From: Pseudomonadota bacterium | GTDB taxonomy: Bacteria > Campylobacterota > Campylobacteria > Campylobacterales > Sulfurimonadaceae | Direction of reading: 5' to 3' | Assembly (NCBI GenBank): GCA_043797085.1 | Contig: JAZDQA010000011.1 | Location: 96,001-160,000, forward strand | Length of the DNA stretch: 64,000 nt | Shown here: piece by piece, positions 9,027-19,525 of the stretch | How the letters are laid out: every line of letters starts with the position of its first letter | Numbering within the stretch: the stretch's first letter is position 1 | Position numbers and translations under genes: made by a program | Notes under the pieces: model-generated | Databases searched by the model: none | What the model was told of the DNA's origin: nothing | What the model saw: only the letters and a program-made list of their open reading frames with translations

Positions 9027-9924
9027 ATAAAAGTTTTTTCTCTTTTAAAAATAGACTTTTTATTTATAAAAAGGCTATAGGATAATTTAGTATAAGGATT
9101 GTGTGCATATTTGCACGACCACTTGACCGAATATGGATGACCTCGACCGATATTGGTCGACCTAAAAAATCGCCGCCATTTGAAATTTCAATTCAAAATT
9201 ATATATTCATTGGGCAATTATCGCATATAGAGGACTGCAGGTGTATGGGGATGGGGAATCATCCCCCCCTAAAAAGTCTATGAGTATAAATAGCAAAATA
9301 AATTTACACTACGGCAGCATTGTGTCTCCACAAAAGAAATATGATTATTTTAACGGCTACGCCATCGCTACTGAAAATATTGAATAAATTGCTTCCACTT
9401 TGATACCCTGCAATACCACCGATTTATCTCTAACCTTAAGCCGATTTCACCTAAGATCGGGTTCTAACCTTAAGCGGTATGTATTTCTTAAGAAAGTCCC
9501 ATTGAAACTGAAACTAAACATATTAAAATCTTTAAAATAATATGTTTTAGTAGTGGAACGCGTATTTTTCCGTAATTTCCGAAAAGATTAAAATTCCCGC
9601 ACTCACCACCCCATTCCCTCCGAAAAAGTACCCATCTCGATGCGCGTCCACCACGAACGAACCCATTTTATTATAAGCTACGTTCTTGCAGGTCATTCTC
9701 TCAATAAAATCCGTAAATCTCGAAAATAGGTTAAAAAAATTTCCAAATGGCGGCAAAGCGGTGGAGGTGGAGGAATTGTGCGATATTTACTGTTTTGAGT
9801 CTTTAAAATCGTGTGTAAGATCGATTGTCCGACGTTTTCTTTGTCGGGTGCGAACCATTTTACACGGTGAAAGAGTTTTTAGGTGAGAGGCTACGAGCAT
9901 GGATGATTTTGGACTACAAAAGCC

Positions 9925-10113
9925 CTATTGTTTTCCTACTGTTTTCCAACCATTGCTCACTTCACCAATATATTGTGTTGTTCCAGTGATCTTATTCATT
10001 CTAAAAGGATAATTACCAACCTCTCTATACTCCCAAACTCCATCGCTCCACAAATAACCTATAAAGAGAGCACCGATCATAGCGATAAACTTTAAAATAT
10101 ATTCCTTATTCAT
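9925..10113 (-). CDS. Small membrane-anchored hypothetical protein
   Basis: N-terminal TM, RMNKITG motif; overlaps the upstream HTH gene. Confidence 0.6.
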   Translation of the reverse strand: MNKEYILKFIAMIGALFIGYLWSDGVWEYREVGNYPFRMNKITGTTQYIGEVSNGWKTVGKQ

Positions 10114-10303
10114 TACCCTTTATGAGTTTTTGTAACTCAATAAGCTTTCTAATCTTTTCTTCGTCGAGATCATTTAGCTTACATAATACTCCAATTTTCA
10201 CAAATTCAAGCAGTTTAGGAAACTTTTGCTTCCAGCCTTTGATTGTATTTTCACTTTTACCGAGTATTTCCCCGATCTCTTTGTATGTAATATCTTTTTT
10301 CAT
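10106..10303 (-). CDS. Small HTH DNA-binding protein
   Basis: TYKEIGEILGKSENTIKGW. Confidence 0.75.
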   Translation of the reverse strand: MKKDITYKEIGEILGKSENTIKGWKQKFPKLLEFVKIGVLCKLNDLDEEKIRKLIELQKLIKGNE

Positions 10304-10447
10304 ACAAATATATTATCTAAAAAATCGAATAAAATCAATTTTACTCAATAAAGTATCCTATAAGATACCTTGTTAATATATTTTTAAGTCATACTATAGG
10401 ATACTATCAGAGATATAAGTATTGAATAAGATATAAAAGGATAAATT

Positions 10448-11038
10448 GTGAGACCTATTGGAACGACAAGAGCTAAAAAGCCAATCCTTAAAAAAGAGTT
10501 TGAAAGACTCGTCCGAGCATGTAACCACAGTACGGAGATCAAAAGTACAACAAAGGTGAAGCTTATTTCAGCGTTCACGCTTTTATATATGACTGGTTGC
10601 AGGGCAGGGGAGATTGTGAATATGATGAGATCGGACGTAGAGCAAATGATAAGAGAAAATGAATATTCTCTCACAAACGCTACTAAGACTAAAACATCAA
10701 GGCTGATAAGCTTCGATGAGAGTCGCCAACAAGTAGAGTTTTTAAAAAAGATACTTCCTCGCCATAGTACTTATCTATTTGCCCGTAACAATTCAGACTC
10801 ACCCATGACCGCGAGCGCATTGAAACTTTTGATGAATACATTTATCCATAGCGTACTGGGTGAACTGTACTCGTCACATTCGTTTAGAGCAGGATATATT
10901 ACGGCATTTCATCAACAGGGATTAAGCCTTGAGCATATTCGCCAAGATATAGGACACGCTAATATCGCGACGACAGCGCGATATGCTACTGTGACAAACG
11001 AGGAAATTTCACGGAGTAAGAATTTTAGAAACTGGTAA
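10448..11038 (+). CDS. Short tyrosine recombinase/resolvase (catalytic domain only)
   Basis: TGCRAGE, HSFR, IGH, TTARY; 196 aa. Confidence 0.9.
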   Translation: MRPIGTTRAKKPILKKEFERLVRACNHSTEIKSTTKVKLISAFTLLYMTGCRAGEIVNMMRSDVEQMIRENEYSLTNATKTKTSRLISFDESRQQVEFLKKILPRHSTYLFARNNSDSPMTASALKLLMNTFIHSVLGELYSSHSFRAGYITAFHQQGLSLEHIRQDIGHANIATTARYATVTNEEISRSKNFRNW

Positions 11039-11127
11039 AATCGTTTTTACATAATCATCCAATAACATCTTAGAATATTAAGTGTTAAATAGATATGCTT
11101 ATAGCAATTAAAATTAGATGGTGATAT

Positions 11128-14016
11128 TTGAAAAAAGCAATATACCTACCTACGGGACAAAATACCCTCGTCGTATCTGAATTTGACGGATATTGTGAAA
11201 TTTTTCTTGATGGTGAATACAAGACCGTTCCAAAATCAGATATCGGTGATGTAGCAGCATCGATAGCATCCGTTTCGCTTCCCAGTCTCGAAGAGCATAT
11301 TTTTGCTGACTATCTACGTAAGCCTATCTCTGATTTACTTTATTCGTTCAACACAAACCGTCTCAGCCCTGAACCGCACCAGTATAAACCGCTTATCAAA
11401 TTTCTCAATTCTGAAAACAACCGCATCCTTATAGCCGATGAAGTGGGATTGGGAAAAACCATCGAAGCAGGGATGATTTTCAAAGAGATTGATCAGCGCG
11501 AAGATCTAAAAATCTCATTGATAGTTGTTCCTTCATCTCTTACCTACAAATGGAAAGAGGAGCTTGAAATCCGCTTTGATGAACATTTTAGGATACTAAA
11601 ATCAAATGAATTTATACAATTGATTGATGAATTTGATGGGTTTCATGAGGGAAGATCGTTTAATGAAAAAATTATCATCTCCTATCATACCCTCCGAGAT
11701 GAGAGGGTAATAAAAAAGCTCCGCAATAGTTTCTTTGAAGTTGACTTTCTTATAATGGATGAAGCCCATACTATGAGAAATGCGGGAACATCGACGTTTG
11801 AAAGTGGAGAAATTATCACCGCATTAGCCGATCATATTATATTTTTGAGTGCAACCCCTGTTCAAAACAGCCTTAGTGATATTTTCAATATTCTCTCATT
11901 GCTTGATAATGACTATTTCAAAGACTATGACTATTTTACAAAAATGATTGCTCCCAATGCGGTGATCCATAAAACGATTGCAATGCTTCGTAATCATAAT
12001 TCTCTCGAAGAGATTAACGGTTTTTTGTATGAAAAGGGGTCGTTTGAGGGTGAGTTAGGTCAAGTGGTTGGATCACTCATGAAACTGAATAGCATTGACA
12101 GCGAACAACGAATCCATTTTATCAACTGTCTTATACAGTGCGATCATTTGAGTTTTATTATCAATCGAAGCAAGAAAAAAGACGTAGGGCGCTCCATCCC
12201 ACGAAATGCCACCTCCGTCATCGTGAACATCACCGATGCTGAACAAGCGTACTATGATAGTGTTATCGAATTTGTTAAATTTCTCAACCCCAGCACACCC
12301 CAAGGTTTTATCACCATCATGCCAGAACGAATGGCGAGTTCGTCGATGATCGCTTCGTTGGAGAGTTTTATTTCGATGCGTAAAAGCGGGAAACTTTTTA
12401 TCAAAGATATCGAAGATTTAGAAGATTATTACGATGATATTGACATCCGAGCCGAAGCAATGAACTATCTTGATGCGGTGATTGAACGAGGAAGTGCTAT
12501 TGGTATCAATGATTCAAAATTCCTTCGTTTTGATGAAATCGTACGTGATCTACACAGCCAAAACCTTCGTCAGATGATCGTTTTCTCATTTTTCAAAAAA
12601 ACGCTTAATTATCTCGAAATCAAACTAACAGCATTAGGATATAAAGTCGGAAAAATACACGGAGATTTTACCATCGAAGAACGATTCGCCAAGATCAAAG
12701 AGTTTAAAAAGGGTAGCTTTGACATTCTCCTTTCCAGCGAAGTAGGTTCGGAAGGGTTAGACATGCAGTTTTGTAATGTTGTCATCAACTATGATCTCCC
12801 ATGGAATCCAATGCGAGTTGAACAGCGTATAGGACGTATCGACCGTATCGGTCAAAAATTCGACAAACTTCATATTTTCAATCTCTGCATCGAAGGCTCC
12901 ATCGAAGATCGTATCTATAACCGTCTCTATACCAAACTCGATATTTTTGAAAGCTCAATTGGTGAGTTGGAACCCATTTTGGGAGATCTGCAAAGCCGTC
13001 TCAACATCGCAGAACTTATCCATCTTACTCCTGAAGAGGTCGAACAGCGCGTCCATCTCCAAGAACTTGCCATCACTCGTGAGAAAATAGAGATCGAGGG
13101 GCAAACCGCTGAAGTGGAAAAACTGATTAATGACGATTACCGTTTTGAGAGCGAAAAAGAACAATGGATAGGAGCTGAAAAAACAGCTTACCTTCAAAAA
13201 CAAGTTCGCCGCCTCTTTTTAGCTTTTTTAGAATATAAGGGAATCGGATTTAATGAGCTAAAAGACGGTACGGTCAAGCTCACAACAGATAATACAAAGC
13301 GCCTAATTGGAATACTAAAAGAGCGAATGAGCGATAAACGCACACAAAGCACACGTTACAGAGATGAATTTAATGCATTACGTATACTTAACAGACAAAA
13401 AGAACTCCGTATTACATTTGAGTCGAATAACAACGATGATTACAACACCCTATATCTATCCCTCTCTCATCCATTTATAATGATGATTTCCCCAAACAAA
13501 AGCGCTACACCGCTTTACACTACTATAGCCCACCCAAACTCTTCAAGCGCAGTAGGTGTCATCTATCGTGCTGATATTCATGCCCGAAAGCCTAAATCAT
13601 CGTTGTGCATCACACTTCTTCATGGTTCAGGAATGGTTGAAACACTTGATTATTTTGATTTTATCACTCACGCTACGCAAGTTAATGAGATCAGTACAGG
13701 TGATGCAGACAGTATTAAAATTAGAACAATGCCACACATTATGAGTTATATCGAAAAACTAAAGTCGGAGGAATCCGAAACACTTTATCGGCTTATCGAT
13801 GTAAAGATTCAAGCTCTAACCAACTACTACGACAAAAAGATAGCCCAAGCCAAAAAGATGGAATCAAAGGTGAAAGAAGAAGGGGTATTGCGGATGCGTG
13901 AAGCGCAGATCGACAATCTAATCGAGGATAAATACTCCAAGATCACTGCACTCGAAAAACAGCGGGATATTGCGGGGAGTTTTGAGATTTTAGGGATAGT
14001 TGGAATTGGAGAATGA
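11128..14016 (+). CDS. SNF2-family helicase/ATPase (RapA/DrmD-like)
   Basis: ADEVGLGKT, DEAH, SATP, SEGLDMQ, YDLPWNP, EQRIGRIDRIGQ. Confidence 0.93.
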   Translation: MKKAIYLPTGQNTLVVSEFDGYCEIFLDGEYKTVPKSDIGDVAASIASVSLPSLEEHIFADYLRKPISDLLYSFNTNRLSPEPHQYKPLIKFLNSENNRILIADEVGLGKTIEAGMIFKEIDQREDLKISLIVVPSSLTYKWKEELEIRFDEHFRILKSNEFIQLIDEFDGFHEGRSFNEKIIISYHTLRDERVIKKLRNSFFEVDFLIMDEAHTMRNAGTSTFESGEIITALADHIIFLSATPVQNSLSDIFNILSLLDNDYFKDYDYFTKMIAPNAVIHKTIAMLRNHNSLEEINGFLYEKGSFEGELGQVVGSLMKLNSIDSEQRIHFINCLIQCDHLSFIINRSKKKDVGRSIPRNATSVIVNITDAEQAYYDSVIEFVKFLNPSTPQGFITIMPERMASSSMIASLESFISMRKSGKLFIKDIEDLEDYYDDIDIRAEAMNYLDAVIERGSAIGINDSKFLRFDEIVRDLHSQNLRQMIVFSFFKKTLNYLEIKLTALGYKVGKIHGDFTIEERFAKIKEFKKGSFDILLSSEVGSEGLDMQFCNVVINYDLPWNPMRVEQRIGRIDRIGQKFDKLHIFNLCIEGSIEDRIYNRLYTKLDIFESSIGELEPILGDLQSRLNIAELIHLTPEEVEQRVHLQELAITREKIEIEGQTAEVEKLINDDYRFESEKEQWIGAEKTAYLQKQVRRLFLAFLEYKGIGFNELKDGTVKLTTDNTKRLIGILKERMSDKRTQSTRYRDEFNALRILNRQKELRITFESNNNDDYNTLYLSLSHPFIMMISPNKSATPLYTTIAHPNSSSAVGVIYRADIHARKPKSSLCITLLHGSGMVETLDYFDFITHATQVNEISTGDADSIKIRTMPHIMSYIEKLKSEESETLYRLIDVKIQALTNYYDKKIAQAKKMESKVKEEGVLRMREAQIDNLIEDKYSKITALEKQRDIAGSFEILGIVGIGE

Positions 14017-14017
14017 A

Positions 14018-17000
14018 ATGACAGAACAAGAACTATACATTCGTAAGAAAAAATCTAAATTCGAAGAAGAAAAAAATACAGATTCATATAAACGTGTACA
14101 GCGTATGGCAAAAACACTAAGTATCGATCTCTATGAATCAGAATCTCATTTTATATATGAATTGATACAAAATGCACAAGATAATGATTACAATCCCAAC
14201 GTATTTCCGGAAATTTCTTTTTATCTTTTAGATGATGGTATTTTGATTCAAAATAATGAAGTCGGATTTAATCAAAATAACATTAATTCTATCTGTGATT
14301 TTCATGAATCTACAAAAACAGAAAATAAAGAACTTGGATATATCGGAGAAAAAGGGATAGGCTTTAAATCTGTTTTTACTATTTCTGATACACCTGCTAT
14401 TCATTCAAATGGGTATAGATTTTATTTCAAGAAAGGTGAGTACATCGAACCGTATTGGATTGACGATTTTAAATCATATCCTGAAAAATTTGCTGATGAA
14501 AACTATACATCTATTTATTTACCATACAGTCATGATTTCAAACATATCGATGATATTAAGAACAAAATAAAAGACATAGAGCCATTCGTTCTTTTATTTC
14601 TTGATAAATTAAAAAAGATTTGTATTTATAATCAAAATGAGCTGGTTTTAGATGTCTCAAAAAAAATCAATAAGAACGGCAGTTCAAATGAATTGATTCT
14701 AAAAACAACTAAAGCAAAATATGACTTTATCACAATTAATAAAATCATTTCAAGACCAGAAAACCTCATAGAACAAAAACGTGAAAAGATCAAACACAGA
14801 GAAATTATTTTTGCATTTCCATTAAATGAAATTAAAGATGATAGAATTTTTGCTTTTTTACCTACACATGTAAAATCGGGGCTTCCATTTATCATACAGG
14901 CTGATTTTATATTAACCGCGAATCGTGAAGGAATTTCTTTCACTGAGGATTGGAACAATTGGCTTGTTGTTGAATTGCAGCAATTTTATGAAGAGGCTGT
15001 AACAGTTTTCCAAAATCATGATTTATTAAAATTCACTTATTTAATATATTATAAAAAATCTAATAATGGCAACAATCCAGTTTTTAGCAATCTTTATGAA
15101 AAAACTATCAAATCTATCAAAAATAAAGAGATTATTTTAAATGATAATGGAAAATGGGAGAAACCAGAAAATATTCTCATTCTTGACGGTATTGATTTCG
15201 AAATTAATTTACTTAAAAAACTCTACGGTACTAATTTTTCTGTAATACATCCTGATTTTAAAATTGATAAAGATCTAATCGTTAAATTCAATATCGAGAA
15301 AATTAACAAAGATAAACTCATTGATAGAATATGTCGCTATTTAGAAAACAAAAAAAACATTGAAGTAGGTGAGTTAAAAGCATTTACTTCCTTTTTGGCT
15401 GATTACGAAACGGATCATTTAATTCGAAGAGTAAAAAAAATATTACCCATTCTACCGCTTTACATGCAAGAGACAAAAGACTATTATGATGCTAATGATA
15501 TTTATCTATCAGATATTTATCAGTCTTCTTTTTCAACCGAGAGTATGATCAAAGACATCAATATCGACTTTACAACATGGAATTTCTTATCTGATTATTA
15601 TTTATCAAACGAAAAATTAAAAATTTTCATTGTGAAAATTTTGGGTGATTCGAACCAAAAAATCATTAATTTTTTTGAAACTCATACCGATATATTGGAA
15701 GCATATTTATATGCAGACATCGAAAATAACTATCCAAAAGTTTTGGATTTTTTAATCGAAACGAAAATTGAAGATCAGATTATTAAAAAACTACCTTTGA
15801 TCCTTACTAATCAAAATAAATTCAAATCTGCATTTAAAGCTACCGATATCTATTTTTCTCATTCAGGAACAGAATCTTTAGAGGTATTAAACTCCAATCT
15901 TTTCAATATCCTCAATCAGAATCAACGCTATAAAGATCTTTTTGTAAGAGTGTATGGGATTAAAACAGCCGATGATGTGACTATCATTATGGATCAAGAT
16001 CTACGTTGGTTTGAGCAAAACAAAAATTCAAGAAACAGCGAGAATGATCTTCACATCTTGAAGCTAACAAAAAAAATCATATATCATCTCGATAACTTTG
16101 ATGAGAGTCAAAAAAAACAGTTGAAAAATAAAATACTTTTTATAGCTACAAACTCTTCAGATAACTACATAAAATCTGAAAAAATTTATCTCTCTCAAAA
16201 TCTGCAAGAAGCCATATATGGCACTGATTCAATAGAAAAATTTATTGTCACCGACAGAAAAGAACTTTTTGATTTTTTGGATGCAAGGTATGAAATTATT
16301 TTTGAGGAAATAGATGAAGCAAAAATTATTCGATTTATGCATCTGATTTCATTTTCAAAATCTCTTAGAAAAGAAAACACTGAGTCTTTTATCAAATCCT
16401 TAAAACCTGATTTGCTAAAAGATGAAAATCTCAAAGCGATCAAGTTAATAATAGAAAACAACCCAAATTCAGATTTTCTGAAAACTCTCAAAGTTTACGA
16501 TCATCTTGATCGTTTAGATGAAGTTCAGAATCTATACTTTTCAAAAATTGGTGATACGAATATTGCCCATTTAAGCGATGAGTATAAAAAAATGAATCTT
16601 GAATGGGGAAATTTCAAACAGTATTTTAAAGAATCTGGTAAAAAAGCCAAAGACATTCAATACATCATTTCATACCTTCAGTCCGAATCCATCGATTGTA
16701 TTGAAGCAGAAAAAGTATTTCGATATATCGATACAGAAGATTTATCAAATCAACAAAGTTTGCAAAAATTCTTCAAGACACATAAGTTGATTTTTGATGC
16801 TGAAAATAATCGAAAATATCTTGATGATGCTCGCTGGAAACGTGATAAAAGTGGTAAAACGATTTTATCTGAAATTTATACGCATGATTTAGAGCGGTTC
16901 TTTGTCAAAAAGTTGGGTTTATCTGATGATATCACTATTCAATCCGTGATTGATGAACTCAAGGCTTTTGATAGAAAAAGTTTCGAGTATTATGAATTAT

Positions 17001-18580
17001 TGATTAAACTTGGAGAACTGGCAGTAGAAGAAATTCAGATTCAAAAGTATTACAATGAAAATGGACTAAATAAATATCTTGCTGACGATAATCCAAAAAG
17101 TATTAAATCGTTCATAGTGAGTAAATTACGGCTATTTTTATTAGATAATGGAAAATCCAATGAGGATGAGAATTTTTATTTTAATGATTTGAATCTTGAC
17201 AATTATGAGTCAAAGCTATTAAGCAAGATTTTTTCTGCTTTAGAAGATGCTCCACCACCCAAACATTTTGAGCCTTTATTTTCTCATCTACACATTAAAA
17301 AACTTTCCGATTTGCCAGTGAAAAGTCATTGCGGGAAATTTATATGTGAATTTGAACTATCTAAATATCAACAATATCTTCGATTTGCTTATGACTATCT
17401 CTACTCAGAAGAAAAAATAAATTATGATGCCATTATTACAAATATAGATCAGTTTCAGTCGATAAATATGATTAAAACTGTTTCAATATATGATAAATTA
17501 TATACATCCCGTACTATAAGTCAATTAGCAATTACGGATGCATCTATCGACTTTTTTATCGAGGTTGATATATTGAATGTCACAAGTGAAGAAGGGATAT
17601 ACAAATTCATAGGTCAAAAACTTGGCATAGAATATGAAAAAATTGAACTATATGCTCAAAAAGGTGAACGCTACCGAAAAGATAAAAATATCAAATCAGA
17701 TCAGCATTTTTCAATTGAGTTTGCTGAGTTACCACAAAAGCCGCAAGATTCAATTATGAAGGAACAAAATCATAAAGAAGATCATAATTATGATGAATCT
17801 GAAAAAATTCCCACCCTTGAAGCTATGACATATGAAAGGGAAGAAAGAAAAAAAAGCGGTTATGATATTGCAAAAGGTTATGAAAGAGATGTGCCTGATG
17901 ATGGAAATAACTCTACCAATCCATCGATTGTTAAAGATCAAGAAAAGTATTTACAGGCATATGAAAAAAAACGCACTGCTCGTTTGTCAGAGATAACGAA
18001 TGCTTCAAAATCGATTTCAGATACAACAATAGAAAAACTTAAATTGCAAAATACTAACTTCCCTAATAATTCAAACAAAGTTAAACCAAATAAATATGGA
18101 TATGAAGAAACAAAGAATACATTTAAAAGAAGAGATTGGTATTTAGGTCAGTGCCAAATATGTGGATTTACTTTCAAAACAAAAGATGGTAATCATTGCG
18201 AAAGATTTACGTGGACTGATTTTGGTCGTGGTGAATGGACAGAAGGACAAAAAGCACTGCTAATATATAATATTATCGAGCCAGGAAACTCATTATGTTT
18301 ATGTTCACGGTGTTATTCAATTTTAAAACATGGAGGACAATTCAAAGCTTTATTTTTAGATAATGACTTTCGCCATAAATATAAATCGAATGAATATAGT
18401 TTTGAAAATTTTTTGGAAGATATTGAATTAGATAAACCATTAACACAACCAGACTGTTTTAACGATCATGTTGAATGGAAAGATATGTATTTTACAAGCA
18501 TAGAGTTAAACAAGAAAGAAGAAAATATATATTTTACGGAAGAACATTTACTTTTATTTTTTATTTTCTTGACAAGTTAA
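14018..18580 (+). CDS. Large sacsin/NO-VEIN-like GHKL ATPase protein with C-terminal Zn/HNH-like domain
   Basis: HFIYELIQNAQD, IGEKGIGFKSVF, GLPFIIQADF; C-terminal CQICG...NSLCLCSRC; GGAG RBS before ATG 14018. Confidence 0.85.
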   Translation: MTEQELYIRKKKSKFEEEKNTDSYKRVQRMAKTLSIDLYESESHFIYELIQNAQDNDYNPNVFPEISFYLLDDGILIQNNEVGFNQNNINSICDFHESTKTENKELGYIGEKGIGFKSVFTISDTPAIHSNGYRFYFKKGEYIEPYWIDDFKSYPEKFADENYTSIYLPYSHDFKHIDDIKNKIKDIEPFVLLFLDKLKKICIYNQNELVLDVSKKINKNGSSNELILKTTKAKYDFITINKIISRPENLIEQKREKIKHREIIFAFPLNEIKDDRIFAFLPTHVKSGLPFIIQADFILTANREGISFTEDWNNWLVVELQQFYEEAVTVFQNHDLLKFTYLIYYKKSNNGNNPVFSNLYEKTIKSIKNKEIILNDNGKWEKPENILILDGIDFEINLLKKLYGTNFSVIHPDFKIDKDLIVKFNIEKINKDKLIDRICRYLENKKNIEVGELKAFTSFLADYETDHLIRRVKKILPILPLYMQETKDYYDANDIYLSDIYQSSFSTESMIKDINIDFTTWNFLSDYYLSNEKLKIFIVKILGDSNQKIINFFETHTDILEAYLYADIENNYPKVLDFLIETKIEDQIIKKLPLILTNQNKFKSAFKATDIYFSHSGTESLEVLNSNLFNILNQNQRYKDLFVRVYGIKTADDVTIIMDQDLRWFEQNKNSRNSENDLHILKLTKKIIYHLDNFDESQKKQLKNKILFIATNSSDNYIKSEKIYLSQNLQEAIYGTDSIEKFIVTDRKELFDFLDARYEIIFEEIDEAKIIRFMHLISFSKSLRKENTESFIKSLKPDLLKDENLKAIKLIIENNPNSDFLKTLKVYDHLDRLDEVQNLYFSKIGDTNIAHLSDEYKKMNLEWGNFKQYFKESGKKAKDIQYIISYLQSESIDCIEAEKVFRYIDTEDLSNQQSLQKFFKTHKLIFDAENNRKYLDDARWKRDKSGKTILSEIYTHDLERFFVKKLGLSDDITIQSVIDELKAFDRKSFEYYELLIKLGELAVEEIQIQKYYNENGLNKYLADDNPKSIKSFIVSKLRLFLLDNGKSNEDENFYFNDLNLDNYESKLLSKIFSALEDAPPPKHFEPLFSHLHIKKLSDLPVKSHCGKFICEFELSKYQQYLRFAYDYLYSEEKINYDAIITNIDQFQSINMIKTVSIYDKLYTSRTISQLAITDASIDFFIEVDILNVTSEEGIYKFIGQKLGIEYEKIELYAQKGERYRKDKNIKSDQHFSIEFAELPQKPQDSIMKEQNHKEDHNYDESEKIPTLEAMTYEREERKKSGYDIAKGYERDVPDDGNNSTNPSIVKDQEKYLQAYEKKRTARLSEITNASKSISDTTIEKLKLQNTNFPNNSNKVKPNKYGYEETKNTFKRRDWYLGQCQICGFTFKTKDGNHCERFTWTDFGRGEWTEGQKALLIYNIIEPGNSLCLCSRCYSILKHGGQFKALFLDNDFRHKYKSNEYSFENFLEDIELDKPLTQPDCFNDHVEWKDMYFTSIELNKKEENIYFTEEHLLLFFIFLTS

Positions 18581-18680
18581 AATATAAGGATCAATATACA
18601 ATGTGCTCAATTTGTAAAACACCTTATGTTGGTGATGGTGTGTTAGATGGAAAACTAATGTGTCTATAAAATGGGGGGCA

Positions 18681-18776
18681 TTCCATTTTATTATAAACCA
18701 ATATCCATGTATTGTATGGAAGGATGCTGAAGATTTGGCGAAACAACTTATTGATGATCTAAGACGCGATTTATAG
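18681..18776 (+). pseudogene. Possible C-terminal remnant of a nucleoside deoxyribosyltransferase-like gene
   Basis: Frame reads FHFIINQYPCIVWKDAEDLAKQL, resembling the HFD..Y..I.W....L ending of that family; no convincing start. Confidence 0.3.
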
Positions 18777-18826
18777 ACTCAAGCTTTGAGCTGATTTGGA
18801 CAAAATTATTTAACCAAAATTGATAG

Positions 18827-19525
18827 TTATATTCTCTTCTCAAACGCCTTCAGTTGCTCTTCACATTTCAAATAGCCGCTCAAGTATTTTTTAACCACTC
18901 CCCAAAACTCTTTCGAGTGATTTTTGTAAGCGATATGCGCCAACTCATGAACCACGGCATATTCGATTAATGACGGGGAAAGTTTCATAAGCTCAGGATT
19001 GAAGGCAATTTGATTCTTATGATTGCAGCTTCCCCATTTAGTATTTGAGGTTTTAAAATCAATATGAGCGGGAGTAAGTTGCATTTTCTTGCTCCATTTG
19101 AGCACCAGCTTTTTGATCTTGTCGTGTGCTTTTTCGAGATAAAAAATTTCAATGGCTTCGCTGATCTTTTCTTGATCAACTTCTTGCGGTATACGTATCT
19201 TGAATTTTGAGTGAATAAAGTCTATTAGAACGCTCTGGCACTCTTCTTTGATCAACTCGACATAATAGCTCTTTCCAAGATAATAAAGGCGTGAGCCTGT
19301 GATTATGGCATCTTGAGACGGTGCTTCACCGAGTTCTTCGAGTTTAACACAAATCCACGCCGCTTTTTTATGAACCAGCTTTTTGATTTCGTCATTATCA
19401 ACCGAATCGTTTGCCCGTACCAACACAGGACAATCTCGTTCAACGGTGATATAAGTGTGTTTGAGCCGATTATTGCGCTGCACTTCAAACTCTATGGTTC
19501 GAGTGCCGTAGGTAATAGCGGTCAT
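18827..19525 (-). CDS. M48/YgjP-like (DUF45) metallopeptidase associated with type I RM
   Basis: KWGSC, YAVVHELAH, HSKEFW; overlaps the hsdR end. Confidence 0.9.
   Translation of the reverse strand: MTAITYGTRTIEFEVQRNNRLKHTYITVERDCPVLVRANDSVDNDEIKKLVHKKAAWICVKLEELGEAPSQDAIITGSRLYYLGKSYYVELIKEECQSVLIDFIHSKFKIRIPQEVDQEKISEAIEIFYLEKAHDKIKKLVLKWSKKMQLTPAHIDFKTSNTKWGSCNHKNQIAFNPELMKLSPSLIEYAVVHELAHIAYKNHSKEFWGVVKKYLSGYLKCEEQLKAFEKRI

Noticed and set aside
9101..9886. Short ORFs of 60-69 aa in the island spacer
   Set aside because: No RBS or recognisable motifs, and two of them overlap on opposite strands
11128..14016. DISARM or Zorya system
   Set aside because: drmABC/methylase and zorABC partner genes are absent
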